Assembly: GCA_001799485.1 (NCBI GenBank)
Contig: MGTO01000124.1
Coordinates: 1 to 46,799 of the forward strand
Direction of reading: 5' to 3'
Source of the DNA: Desulfuromonadales bacterium GWC2_61_20
Lineage (GTDB): Bacteria > Desulfobacterota > Desulfuromonadia > Desulfuromonadales > UBA2197
Length of the DNA: 46,799 nucleotides
Part shown: piece by piece, positions 36,786 to 46,738 of the stretch
Position numbering within the stretch: the first letter of the stretch is position 1
Layout: every line of letters starts with the position of its first letter
Program-made: the position numbers and the translations under genes
Notes under the pieces: generated by a model
What the model was told of the DNA's origin: nothing
The model's input: the letters and a program-made list of their open reading frames with translations, nothing else
Databases searched by the model: none

Positions 36786-39116
36786 ATGCCGATGAATAAG
36801 CAGACCCTTCGTACTTTTTGCCAACAGTTGGCTGCCTGGGCCCAAACCGCTATCGACGAGGGGAATTACCCCTACCGCAAGGTCGAACTCTTTCCATCGT
36901 TACTGAGCGCGAGCGGGGAACTCACCCCACCACTGGTTTTCTGGATCAATCGAGACAGCTTCATGGCCGGCGCGGTTGTGTTCTTCCCCGATAACGACGC
37001 GGAAGAGCATCTCACCCCAGAGCAAAATTGTACCACCGCCCTCGGCCTCGACTATTTTGTCACCTGGGGGCGCAATGAAATCATCTGCTGGAAGGTCGAG
37101 GAGGAAAAAACCACTCGCTTCCGGACCCTGTCGGCTCGCCCCCCGGCAGCAGATTCTCCCGCAGCCTATCGCCACCTCCTGCTGCAATTGCTCGGTGAAA
37201 TGCAACCCTTGTCCGCCAGGGGTCTGTTACCAGCGGAACGTCTCTCTCCCTACTATTTTGCCAATCTCTTCCGTACCGTACTCACCGCCACCCTCCCCGG
37301 TCTCCGCGACCAACTGCGCCGCAAGCGCGTTGGCGCACTAGCGCCGGAAGCTCTCCCTCCCGATGCCGCAGCCCTGAGAAAGGCGGTCACGAGTCTGTTA
37401 CGGCTGGTGGCACTGGTCGGCTTTGATGCCCTTCCGGCTTCGGTACAGCCGGAGGGGCTGGAGCAGGCGGCGCGTTACGCCCTCGAGACGCTACCGCCCG
37501 AACTGCACCCCTCCCTCGCTTTTTCCGGGAATGAGCTTCCCCTCACCCCCGCCGCCGCAATCCGTTTTCACCATTTACTGCGTCGGCTCACCCAGCTACG
37601 GATGCACTGTGATCTTGCTCGGACGGCCACGGCACTCGAACTGCTCCTGGACAGCTATCGTCACCAGCTTGGCGGGATGCCGCATCTCGCCGACTCCCCC
37701 CTGGCCGGGCCGGGCAACCTGCTGATCAACCCAACGACCACGATCTCTCCTGAGCCCCCTTTCTTTGAAAGTGCCTCGCCCCCACTCCTGGCATTTTTCT
37801 CCCTCATCCGGGCCTTCAAGAAGATGCCCGCAGCCACACAACAATTCACTTCGCCACTTTTTGTCGGCGCAGCGGTTCGTCCCCGCTCGATATGCGGCGT
37901 GCTGGGAGAGAGCCGGATCCCTCCCTTGCGGGAGCATTCCCTCCTGGCGACGTATCTGCGCATTTCGTGGCCAGGCAGACGTTGGGTTTTCCCGCCGGGA
38001 ACCCCACGCTGGGCCTGGGATTTGCTGCATCTCCTCGGTCTCGCCGAACCTGGCGCCACCATCGACGTGACCACCCCGGGGCGATGGTTAGCCAGCCCCT
38101 TCGCCACGATCCTCTGCGAAGTATGCTGCGAGCACTGCTCGCTCCAGCAGGTTCACCTAAGCAACACGGCTGAACTACGTTTTTCCCTCACCAAATCTGT
38201 CTCCACGCACGAGTCGGTCCTTCTCCTGACCCCACATGGGGAGCGTTCCCTTCCTTACAAACGGCTCCGCCAGGCCCCCGGATCGATCCTTGCCCTCGCT
38301 CTCGCTCTGCCACCCAACCTTTTCCCCCTACTCGCAGAGGGCCATCTACGCCCAGTAGCAGCAGGATTAAGTGGCGATCAGTTGGCCGGGGCCGATTTTT
38401 TTGCCACCTCGACACTGGGGCAGCTGCTGACAACCATCCTGAGCGCACATGGTGCGGCGATACCCAGGGGCCTGCGGTTCGATCCGCAAAGCTATCCTCT
38501 CCCCGATCCGCAGTTGCTTGGGCAATTGGCGACAGATTTGCCGGAGAGGACCCCACCGTCGCAAGAGACGTTCGACCAGGAAGTAAACAGCTGCCCCCCC
38601 ACCCCACCCCTGGTCCTGTCGACCGGGGCAGAGCTGTTCTTGCCCCCATCGAAGTTGGTCAACAGAGGAAAATCGTTGTCAGCCCTGATGGAGTTGCTTA
38701 TCCAAACGGTTTTTGCCGACGGCATACCACTTTTCCCGGATCACTATCTTTTCGCTTACCTGAACCCGGAGACCTTCTGCATTGATCTCCCCGAGCCTTT
38801 AGCCTTTGCTGAAACCTTCTTCGATCGCGCAACACTGACCGCGGCATCCGGTCGCCGACTCGACATAGAAGGACTGGCGACTGCCCGGGCGATCGTGCTC
38901 TGCTCCCATGGCCGCAAGCACCAGGTAAAGCTCCCCGTCGACCCAACGATTATGCGGGCAATCCTTGAGCGTTATCTGGCCGATCTGCGTCGACTCCACC
39001 ACACCCTGCGCCAGCTGGCCCACCAACACCTTGGCAGCGCGCGCCAAGCCGACAACCTTGCTACTCGGATCTGGAAGGACATGCACCTTCCCCCACCCGA
39101 CTTGTTTGACAGCTAG
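36786..39116 (+). CDS. Hypothetical 776-aa protein, probably a degenerate Type IIG restriction-modification-like protein
   Basis: Long intact ORF with residual RM-like segments (YFVTW, RHQLG, LLINP, PGATIDVTTPGRWL) but no FxGxG or NPPY. Confidence 0.6.
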   Translation: MPMNKQTLRTFCQQLAAWAQTAIDEGNYPYRKVELFPSLLSASGELTPPLVFWINRDSFMAGAVVFFPDNDAEEHLTPEQNCTTALGLDYFVTWGRNEIICWKVEEEKTTRFRTLSARPPAADSPAAYRHLLLQLLGEMQPLSARGLLPAERLSPYYFANLFRTVLTATLPGLRDQLRRKRVGALAPEALPPDAAALRKAVTSLLRLVALVGFDALPASVQPEGLEQAARYALETLPPELHPSLAFSGNELPLTPAAAIRFHHLLRRLTQLRMHCDLARTATALELLLDSYRHQLGGMPHLADSPLAGPGNLLINPTTTISPEPPFFESASPPLLAFFSLIRAFKKMPAATQQFTSPLFVGAAVRPRSICGVLGESRIPPLREHSLLATYLRISWPGRRWVFPPGTPRWAWDLLHLLGLAEPGATIDVTTPGRWLASPFATILCEVCCEHCSLQQVHLSNTAELRFSLTKSVSTHESVLLLTPHGERSLPYKRLRQAPGSILALALALPPNLFPLLAEGHLRPVAAGLSGDQLAGADFFATSTLGQLLTTILSAHGAAIPRGLRFDPQSYPLPDPQLLGQLATDLPERTPPSQETFDQEVNSCPPTPPLVLSTGAELFLPPSKLVNRGKSLSALMELLIQTVFADGIPLFPDHYLFAYLNPETFCIDLPEPLAFAETFFDRATLTAASGRRLDIEGLATARAIVLCSHGRKHQVKLPVDPTIMRAILERYLADLRRLHHTLRQLAHQHLGSARQADNLATRIWKDMHLPPPDLFDS

Positions 39117-39196
39117 AAATCCCTTCCCTTCGAATTCCGTACTGTTATAATGAGACGGCACATGAAATGCCGTTCTCTCCTGGAGTCATGGAACAC

Positions 39197-39736
39197 ATGA
39201 AGATCCTCCTCCACCTCTGCTGCGCCAACTGCGCCATCTATCCGGTCAAGGTATTGCGGGAACAGAATCATGATCTCGCGGGCTTCTTTTTCAATCCCAA
39301 CATTCATCCTTATCTCGAGTTCAAACGTCGACTCGATGCTGTTCGTGATTATGCGGCCTGCACAGAGCTTGAGGTCTGCTACCGTGACGAGTACTCCCTT
39401 GAAACATTTCTCGCACAAGTTGCACACAACCCGGGGACCCGCTGTGGCTATTGCTATCACTCCCGACTGGAACTGACTGCGCAAATAGCTGTCGAGCAGG
39501 GGTATGACGCATTCAGCACATCCCTTCTCTTCTCTCGCTATCAGAACCACGCAATGGTCAGAGACCTCGGCGAGGCATTAGCCAACCGCTACGGAATCAC
39601 TTTTCACTACGCAGATTTCCGTCTAGGTTGGAAGGAAGGCAACGACACTTCACGGACCATGGGACTTTATCGTCAGCAATACTGCGGCTGCATTTACTCG
39701 GAAAAAGAACGGTATTACCCCCGTAGCAGCAACTGA
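39197..39736 (+). CDS. queH: Epoxyqueuosine reductase QueH (DUF208)
   Basis: LLHLCCANC, FFNPNIHP, RCGYCY..RL and LYRQQYCGCIYS. Extended -10 TGTTATAAT at 39143-39151. Confidence 0.92.
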   Translation: MKILLHLCCANCAIYPVKVLREQNHDLAGFFFNPNIHPYLEFKRRLDAVRDYAACTELEVCYRDEYSLETFLAQVAHNPGTRCGYCYHSRLELTAQIAVEQGYDAFSTSLLFSRYQNHAMVRDLGEALANRYGITFHYADFRLGWKEGNDTSRTMGLYRQQYCGCIYSEKERYYPRSSN

Positions 39737-39835
39737 ATCCCTGAAAAAGCAACATTCGGCTGAAATAGAGTTCAAGTGTGATCAGCCCAACCCTTTGCGG
39801 CAGGCAGTGCGCAACCTTGCATGGAGGTGACACCA

Positions 39836-40141
39836 ATGATCGAACTTGTCGAGAAAGCGATGATGGTTGGCATGGGCGCTTTATCCCTGAGCCAGAAAAA
39901 AGCCGAGGAACTTCTTCAGGAGCTGAAGACTCGCTGCAATGTCAGCGAAGAGGAGGGGAAAGCCTTACTTGAACGCATGCAACAGTTTGCTGATGAAAAC
40001 CAGAAAAAGTTCACGTCCCTGGCTCAGGAAGAAGTCAAGAAGACCTATGAGCGGATGGGTCTTGTGGAGCGGGAAGAGTTCGAAAAATTGCGCAAAAAAG
40101 TGACTCTTCTCGAGAAACGTCTGAAGGATGCGGGCAAATAG
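39836..40141 (+). CDS. Phasin/PHA-regulator-like coiled-coil protein
   Basis: 'VGMGALSLSQKKAEELLQEL...EEGKALL' and 'LVEREEFEKLRKKVTLLE'. GGAGGT RBS. Sits directly before ubiB. Confidence 0.75.
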   Translation: MIELVEKAMMVGMGALSLSQKKAEELLQELKTRCNVSEEEGKALLERMQQFADENQKKFTSLAQEEVKKTYERMGLVEREEFEKLRKKVTLLEKRLKDAGK

Positions 40142-40152
40142 CCCCTCATTTC

Positions 40153-41844
40153 ATGCTGAAGTTTTCTCGAATCAATCGCAACATACGCTCCATCCGGCGC
40201 TATCGGACTATCCTGAGTGTCCTGATTAAATACGGTTTTGGACACATCGTCGAGCAGCTCAACATCAATTATTACCTTGAGCTCGGGCGCAAGATCGTCA
40301 CCTTTAACCGGGCCCCCCGGGAAATTGACCGCCTCAGCCAGCCAGAGCGACTGCGGCTGGCCATGGCTGAACTGGGTCCAACCTTCATCAAACTCGGGCA
40401 ACTCCTGTCGACCCGGCCCGACCTCATTCCCAAGGAGTACGCTGAAGAATTTGGCAAACTTCAGGATCAGGCCCCCTTCGTCCCTCTCCCCCTGATCAGA
40501 AAGCAGATCGAAGAAGACTTTTCCTGCCGCGTCGAAGAGTTTTTTCTCGACTTTTCCCCGACGCCTCTTGCCGCCGCTTCAATAGCCCAGGTCCACCGCG
40601 CCCGCTTGCTCAGCGGTGAAGACGTCGTCGTCAAGGTCCGGCGGCCCGGCATTAGGGATCTCCTCGAAACCGACCTCGATATTCTCATGGGGCTCGCCTA
40701 CCTCATTGAACGCCATCTCCCGACCAATGAAGTCTATGAGCCAACCACAATTGTCAAAGAAGCACGGCGAACTCTCCTGCGTGAAATCGACTTCACCCGC
40801 GAAGGACACACCATCAATCGTTTCGCCGCCAACTTTGCCGGAGATCATGCCATCGTCATTCCCAAAGTTTTTTGGGAGCAGACCTCCGAACGCGTCTTGA
40901 CCTTGGAGTTCATCGATGGCATCAAGGTCTCCGAACTCGAACAACTGTCCCAAGCCGGCTATGACTGTCGGACCATCGCGCGCAATGGCGCGGAAGCTTT
41001 TCTTCGGCAGGTTCTTTTCCACGGTCTTTTCCATGGCGACCCCCACCCGGGCAATATCTTTGTCCTGCCCCGCAATACGATTTGCATGCTTGATTTCGGC
41101 ATGGTCGGGAGAATCGGGGAAGACCTGCGTCAGCAGCTCGTCGACCTCCTCCTTGCGGTCCTGGCACGAGATGCCGACCGCATCATTTCGCAATTGCTCT
41201 ACTCGGGTGAATTGACCGAGGATGTCAACATCCGCGATTTAAAAAGAGATCTGACTGACTTTATCGATGATTATTACGAGATTCCGCTTCACGAGATCAA
41301 CGCGGGCAAACTTCTGGGTGCGTTTATCGAGATCCTTTCCCATTACCGCATCAAATTCCCCGCCGATTTAATGCTTTTGGCCAAGGCTCTGGTCACCATG
41401 GAGGGAGTCGGCCGTCAACTCGATCCCAACTTCAATATGATCGGCCACCTCAAACCCTTCATGGAGAAGTTGGTCCGCGAGCGCACTTCTGCCAGCGGCA
41501 TCGCCCGCGAGGCTGGGCGCTCCCTCCTTGCCTATGGTTCGCTGTTACGCAATCTCCCGCGTGACCTCAAAGAACTCATAAACCGTCTTAACCGCAACAA
41601 GTTCAAGATCGATCTGGAACACCGCGGCCTCGACAAACTCATTACCGACCTTGATAAAGCGAGCAACCGCATTTCCTTCAGCCTCCTGATATCGGCGCTG
41701 ATCGTCGGGTCCTCCCTGATTATGCAGACCAACAAAGGTCCAATGCTGTTCGAGTTCCCCATCCTCGGTTTTCTCGGGTATTCCATCGCCGGCTTTTTAG
41801 GTCTTTGGCTCGCCATTGCCATTCTTCGCTCCGGTCGACTCTAG
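40153..41844 (+). CDS. ubiB: ABC1/AarF/UbiB-family atypical kinase
   Basis: [42 protein letters not shown] and two C-terminal TMs. Confidence 0.92.
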   Translation: MLKFSRINRNIRSIRRYRTILSVLIKYGFGHIVEQLNINYYLELGRKIVTFNRAPREIDRLSQPERLRLAMAELGPTFIKLGQLLSTRPDLIPKEYAEEFGKLQDQAPFVPLPLIRKQIEEDFSCRVEEFFLDFSPTPLAAASIAQVHRARLLSGEDVVVKVRRPGIRDLLETDLDILMGLAYLIERHLPTNEVYEPTTIVKEARRTLLREIDFTREGHTINRFAANFAGDHAIVIPKVFWEQTSERVLTLEFIDGIKVSELEQLSQAGYDCRTIARNGAEAFLRQVLFHGLFHGDPHPGNIFVLPRNTICMLDFGMVGRIGEDLRQQLVDLLLAVLARDADRIISQLLYSGELTEDVNIRDLKRDLTDFIDDYYEIPLHEINAGKLLGAFIEILSHYRIKFPADLMLLAKALVTMEGVGRQLDPNFNMIGHLKPFMEKLVRERTSASGIAREAGRSLLAYGSLLRNLPRDLKELINRLNRNKFKIDLEHRGLDKLITDLDKASNRISFSLLISALIVGSSLIMQTNKGPMLFEFPILGFLGYSIAGFLGLWLAIAILRSGRL

Positions 41845-41881
41845 TAACCTCTGAGGCGGGATGATCGACTGGTGCAATAAG

Positions 41882-42009
41882 TGTGGCTGCGACAACACAA
41901 CCTCCTTGCATAAATGCCACAACCGCGCCTGACGGCCCTCAGTACCATCTAAATTGCATAATAACTACATATAGTTATAATGACGATAACCCATGGCAAG
42001 GATTTTGCT
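41882..42009 (+). promoter_or_regulatory. Sigma54 promoter of lpxC with upstream activator site
   Basis: TGGCAAGGATTTTGCT (-24 GG, -12 GC) at 41994-42009. TGT-N10-ACA at 41882-41897. AT-rich spacer at about 41950-41990. Confidence 0.75.
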
Positions 42010-42053
42010 AGAGGTAGCTCCAGGTAACTATTGCAGAAACAGGAGAGACCGTC

Positions 42054-42974
42054 ATGGGCCACCAATACACAATCAATCGCACCATTCAGCTTTCTGGTAT
42101 TGGCTTGCACACCGGCAAAACCATCAACATGGTCCTGCGGCCCGCAGTCGCAGGGACAGGGATCGTTTTTCATCGCAGTGAAGGAACGCGGGTCGTTTCG
42201 ATAGAGGCCATTTCCGCCAATGTCGTCGATACGAGACTGGCGACCGTCCTCGGTAAAGACGGTCTCTCCGTCTCCACCGTCGAGCATATTCTTGCAGCGG
42301 CAAGTGCTCTGGGTATTGACAATCTGCATATCGATATCGACGGGCCTGAAGTCCCCGTACTTGACGGAAGTGCCGCCCCCTTTGTGCATCATTTTCGCAC
42401 CGCCGGCCAGCGGCGGCTGAGCCAGCATCGCAAATTTCTCCAGATTCGCAAACCCCTAATGGTCGTCGATGGGGACAAGTGGGTGCGCCTCGTACCCTCA
42501 CGTTTCCTGCGCATCACCTGCGACATTGCCTTCGATCATCCGTGTATTTCAGCGCAATCGCGCACCGTCAAGGTCACTCCAGACGTTTTCTCCTCGGAGA
42601 TCGCACCTGCGCGTACTTTCGGTTTTCTGCGCGAGGTTGAGTACCTCAAGGCCAACGGGCTGGCACGTGGTGGTTCTTTGGAGAATGCAGTTGTCATCGG
42701 GGAGAAGCAAATCCTCAACCCCGAAGGGCTGCGCTACCCCGACGAATTCGTACGCCACAAGATTCTTGACGCCCTTGGCGATTTCAGCCTGGCCGGTTTT
42801 CCGATCATCGGACATATCAAAGCGAACAAGCCCGGGCATGATATGAATCACCGCATGGTGGAAACATTGCTCGCGTCACCAGAGTGCTGGAAGATCGTAG
42901 AGTTGCCGCGGTACAGTGAGCAAATCCAGCCTTTGCCCGCCTTCTCTGCAGAACTGGCATTATCCCGAGCTTGA
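42054..42974 (+). CDS. lpxC: UDP-3-O-acyl-N-acetylglucosamine deacetylase
   Basis: GIGLHTG, STVEH, EVPVLDGSA, ARTFGF and RHKILDALGD. Confidence 0.96.
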   Translation: MGHQYTINRTIQLSGIGLHTGKTINMVLRPAVAGTGIVFHRSEGTRVVSIEAISANVVDTRLATVLGKDGLSVSTVEHILAAASALGIDNLHIDIDGPEVPVLDGSAAPFVHHFRTAGQRRLSQHRKFLQIRKPLMVVDGDKWVRLVPSRFLRITCDIAFDHPCISAQSRTVKVTPDVFSSEIAPARTFGFLREVEYLKANGLARGGSLENAVVIGEKQILNPEGLRYPDEFVRHKILDALGDFSLAGFPIIGHIKANKPGHDMNHRMVETLLASPECWKIVELPRYSEQIQPLPAFSAELALSRA

Positions 42975-42994
42975 TGGGTTCTGATTTCAACACG

Positions 42995-43043
42995 TATCAA
43001 ATGGGAACGGGCAGCCGATTTGGCTGCCCGTTCCCATTTGATA
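42995..43043. repeat. Perfect 22-bp inverted repeat (terminator or stabilising hairpin)
   Basis: TATCAAATGGGAACGGGCAGCC-gattt-GGCTGCCCGTTCCCATTTGATA. Confidence 0.8.
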
Positions 43044-43117
43044 ATTCTTGCAATACCGTTATGTCGCGCGTAATACTGGGTCGAGAGCAATAACGGCTAT
43101 CAGGGACGTTAGAGAAT

Positions 43118-45334
43118 ATGGAACCGACATCAAAACGCGGACAACGTTGGGAATGGCTACTTATCCTTCTCATTATTGCTACTGTTGCCATTATCTCCCG
43201 ATTCGAACTACAGCTCTTTGAACTGGCCAGACGCATCCCTCTCAGCAGCAATATTCTTGTTTTGGCGCTAGTCAACATCAACCTATTATTAATCGCCCTC
43301 TTTCTTTTCCTGATACTGCGCAATGTTTTCAAGCTCATCCTTGAACGACGTCGTCAAATTCCCGGAACTCGCCTTCGAACAAAGTTAGTTATCGCCTTTA
43401 TCGGGCTTTCACTGATTCCAACCATGTTGTTATTTTTTGTTTCCGCAGGTTTTATTACAACTTCAATACAAAATTGGTTCAGCACTCAAATTGAAACTTC
43501 TTTGGGAGAATCCCTCGAAGTAGCCCAGACCTATTATCAGAACTCTGCTACCAATGCACTTTTTTACGCGGACCAGCTCGCCCGCACCATTAAAGATGAG
43601 AAACTTCTCAATCAGAACAACCTGCCAAAGCTCAAAGAATTGATAAAAAATAAACAACAGGAATATAATCTAGGGGTTGTCGAAGTATTTTCGTCGACGC
43701 GTGAAGAACTCGTTCGTGCAACCAATCCGAATATCCCCGAGTCAGACTACAGCAACCCAAACTCTGTGAATATCGACGATGGTTTCAAAGGAAAGCGTTT
43801 TACTGATGTCACTCCCATTGGTAAGGCTGATTTAATTCGTGGGATTGTACCTGTGTACTCCAACTGGAATCCTGATGATATTGTCGCGGTTGTAGCCGTC
43901 AACTATTATGTTCCATATTCTCTTGTCAATAAAATGAAGGAGATATCGAATTCCTTCGAGCAATACAAAAACACGAAGGCTATCAAGGTCCGCATTCAAA
44001 AGATTTACATTATTGTCCTTTTACTCATTGCCTTGATTATAATTTTCCTGGCAACATGGTTCGGTTTTCATCTGGCCCGAAGCATAACCGGCCCGATTCA
44101 GGAACTGGCGGAAGCAACGATACGGGTAGCAGGGGGAGATCTCAACGTCAGTATAGCCCCCCAAAGCAAGGATGAAGTTGGGTTGTTAGTTGCCGCGTTC
44201 AATACCATGACCGGGGATTTGCGCCAAGGTCGAGAACGGTTGCAAGCAGCCAATCAGGATCTTCTGGCATCCAATACCGAGCTTGATCAACGTCGTCGCT
44301 ATATGGAAATAGTACTAAAAAATGTTACCGCTGGCGTCATTTCTTTAGACCGGCAAGGATGCCTGACGACTGTCAACCATTCAGCTGAGCGACTTCTTAG
44401 GATCCCGGCAGGCTCGGCTATCGGCCAACCACTCCGTGACATGATTGGTGCTGAGCAGATGCCCGTCATTCGTGAATTCCTAAATGAATTGTATTCTTCT
44501 GGCAAGGATTCTTTGCGCAAGCAGTTATTACTGACTATACAGGACTCCAAGCTGACCCTGCAGGTTACTGTCACCAACCTGCGTGATGAGTCGGGCGAAA
44601 TTATGGGGACGGTCGTAGTCTTCGACGATCTCTCCGACCTGATGAAAGCTCAGAGGATGGCGGCATGGCGTGAAGTGGCTCGACGAATCGCCCACGAGAT
44701 CAAAAACCCCCTGACTCCGATTAAACTCTCGGCGCAGCGGTTGCGTAAGCGCTATCTAGGGAATTTCCCTCCGGAAGATCGTGTCTTCGACGAATGTACC
44801 CGAATGATCGAAAAACAGGTCGATGAACTTAAAACCCTTGTCGACGAATTTTCTAGTTTTGCCCGCATGCCGGCCAGCAACCCGACGCCTAACAACCTTA
44901 ATGACCTTATTGCCGAAGCTCTGGTTCTCTACCAGGAAGGTCATCGATCCATTCAGTTCGCATTCAGACCTGACCCGCATATCCCGGCTCTCCATCTTGA
45001 CCGCGAGCAGATTAAACGTGTTATCGTCAACCTATTGGACAACAGTGTGGCCGCAGTAGATGCTGAGCCCGTTATTGAAATTGAATCAAGTTATAATCCC
45101 GAGTTGGGGATCGTTCAATTTTCAGTTGCCGATAATGGCTGTGGAATTTCGGCTGAAGATAAGCCGCGTCTTTTCGAACCATATTTTTCGACAAAGAAAA
45201 CGGGGACAGGTCTTGGACTCTCCATTGTCTCAACAATAATTACCGACCATAACGGGTATATTCGGGTCAAAGACAACAGCCCCAAAGGCACACGTTTCAT
45301 TATTGAATTGCCGGCAGGCGATAGAACAACCTAG
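43118..45334 (+). CDS. ntrY: NtrY-like sensor histidine kinase (TM-HAMP-PAS-HisKA-HATPase)
   Basis: 'AAWREVARRIAHEIKNPLTPIKLSAQRL', NLLDNS, DNGCG, FEPYFSTK and GTGLGL. Confidence 0.9.
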   Translation: MEPTSKRGQRWEWLLILLIIATVAIISRFELQLFELARRIPLSSNILVLALVNINLLLIALFLFLILRNVFKLILERRRQIPGTRLRTKLVIAFIGLSLIPTMLLFFVSAGFITTSIQNWFSTQIETSLGESLEVAQTYYQNSATNALFYADQLARTIKDEKLLNQNNLPKLKELIKNKQQEYNLGVVEVFSSTREELVRATNPNIPESDYSNPNSVNIDDGFKGKRFTDVTPIGKADLIRGIVPVYSNWNPDDIVAVVAVNYYVPYSLVNKMKEISNSFEQYKNTKAIKVRIQKIYIIVLLLIALIIIFLATWFGFHLARSITGPIQELAEATIRVAGGDLNVSIAPQSKDEVGLLVAAFNTMTGDLRQGRERLQAANQDLLASNTELDQRRRYMEIVLKNVTAGVISLDRQGCLTTVNHSAERLLRIPAGSAIGQPLRDMIGAEQMPVIREFLNELYSSGKDSLRKQLLLTIQDSKLTLQVTVTNLRDESGEIMGTVVVFDDLSDLMKAQRMAAWREVARRIAHEIKNPLTPIKLSAQRLRKRYLGNFPPEDRVFDECTRMIEKQVDELKTLVDEFSSFARMPASNPTPNNLNDLIAEALVLYQEGHRSIQFAFRPDPHIPALHLDREQIKRVIVNLLDNSVAAVDAEPVIEIESSYNPELGIVQFSVADNGCGISAEDKPRLFEPYFSTKKTGTGLGLSIVSTIITDHNGYIRVKDNSPKGTRFIIELPAGDRTT

Positions 45335-45367
45335 CGAATCCCAACGCATCGGCAAAGGAATCAAGAG

Positions 45368-46738
45368 ATGAAAACTGTTTTAGTTGTCGATGACGAGCAA
45401 AGCATACGCGAGAGCCTTAAAGGTATTCTTCAGGACGAGGGTTTTCGTGTTGTTTTTGCCGAGAATGGCGATACGGGACTGTCAATGGTCCGCGAGGAGA
45501 GCCCTGATCTGGTGCTTCTTGACATCTGGATGCCCGGGACTGATGGGATTGAAACGTTGCGGCTTATTCGCGAGGCCGTTCCAAACCAACTTGTCATCAT
45601 GATGAGCGGGCACGGGAATATCGAAACGGCGGTCAAAGCCACCAAGATTGGTGCTCATGATTTCATTGAAAAGCCACTATCCCTCGAAAAAGTTCTTCTC
45701 TGCATTCAGAATGCATTGCGCTTACGCATTCTGGAAGAAGAGAATCAAGCCCTCAAAAATCAACTAGTTCATGAACACGAAATAATTGGTACGAGTCCTG
45801 CCATCGTTGATTTAAAGCGACAAATCGAAATGGCGGCGCCAAGTTCAGCCTGGGTTTTGATCACAGGTGAAAACGGGACGGGGAAGGAACTAGTTGCGCG
45901 CAGCCTGCACACATTTTCCCGGCGTAAAGACAAACCGTTTATCGAGGTTAACTGCGCGGCAATCCCTGAGGAATTGATCGAATCGGAACTTTTCGGCCAC
46001 GAAAAAGGCTCCTTCACCGGCGCCACCAACCAGCGCAAGGGGAAATTCGACCTGGCTCACGAGGGGACACTGTTTCTCGACGAAATTGGCGATATGAGCC
46101 TAAAAACACAGGCAAAAGTTCTCAGAATACTGCAGGAAAGAAAATTTGAACGCGTTGGTGGCTCCCGCACTATCGAAGTGGATGTCCGCGTCGTTGCCGC
46201 TACCAACAAGGAGTTGGAAGAAGAAATCCGTGATGGGAGATTTCGTGAAGACCTCTTTTACCGGCTAAATGTAATTCCTTTTCACGTTCCTGCGCTCCGT
46301 GAACGGCAAGAGGATATACCATTGCTGGCCCAGCATTTTCTTGAGGAGTTTTGCAGCAAGGAGGGACGACCGAACAAATCACTTTCCCGCGAGGCAATCC
46401 AAGCTCTCGAAGAGTATCATTGGCCCGGCAATGTGCGAGAGTTGAAAAACATCATAGAAAGAATTGTAATTATGACAGCGACCTCTGGGATCAGCGAAAA
46501 GGATTTACCGCAGAGTCTGCAATTAAAAAAAAGTTCTCTGGCACGGCTACCCTTCCCCCACAAATCAGAAGAGATAACATTCAAGGATGCAAGAGAGGGG
46601 TTTGAGCGAGAGTACATTCTCAACAAACTAATGGAGAATGATTGGAATATTTCTCGCACAGCTGAAGCAATCGACATGGAACGGTCTAACCTTCACCGCA
46701 AAATCAAGTCGTTCGGGATTGAATTAAAGAAAGGTTGA
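45368..46738 (+). CDS. ntrX: NtrX-like sigma54-dependent response regulator (REC-AAA+-Fis HTH)
   Basis: LDIWMP, MMSGHG, GENGTGKE, ESELFGHEKGSFTGA, WPGNVREL and the HTH 'NISRTAEAIDMERSNLHRK'. Confidence 0.9.
   Translation: MKTVLVVDDEQSIRESLKGILQDEGFRVVFAENGDTGLSMVREESPDLVLLDIWMPGTDGIETLRLIREAVPNQLVIMMSGHGNIETAVKATKIGAHDFIEKPLSLEKVLLCIQNALRLRILEEENQALKNQLVHEHEIIGTSPAIVDLKRQIEMAAPSSAWVLITGENGTGKELVARSLHTFSRRKDKPFIEVNCAAIPEELIESELFGHEKGSFTGATNQRKGKFDLAHEGTLFLDEIGDMSLKTQAKVLRILQERKFERVGGSRTIEVDVRVVAATNKELEEEIRDGRFREDLFYRLNVIPFHVPALRERQEDIPLLAQHFLEEFCSKEGRPNKSLSREAIQALEEYHWPGNVRELKNIIERIVIMTATSGISEKDLPQSLQLKKSSLARLPFPHKSEEITFKDAREGFEREYILNKLMENDWNISRTAEAIDMERSNLHRKIKSFGIELKKG

Noticed and set aside
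39803-39821. Possible sigma54 promoter before the phasin-like gene
   Set aside because: GG and TTGC are not at the required GG-N10-GC spacing.
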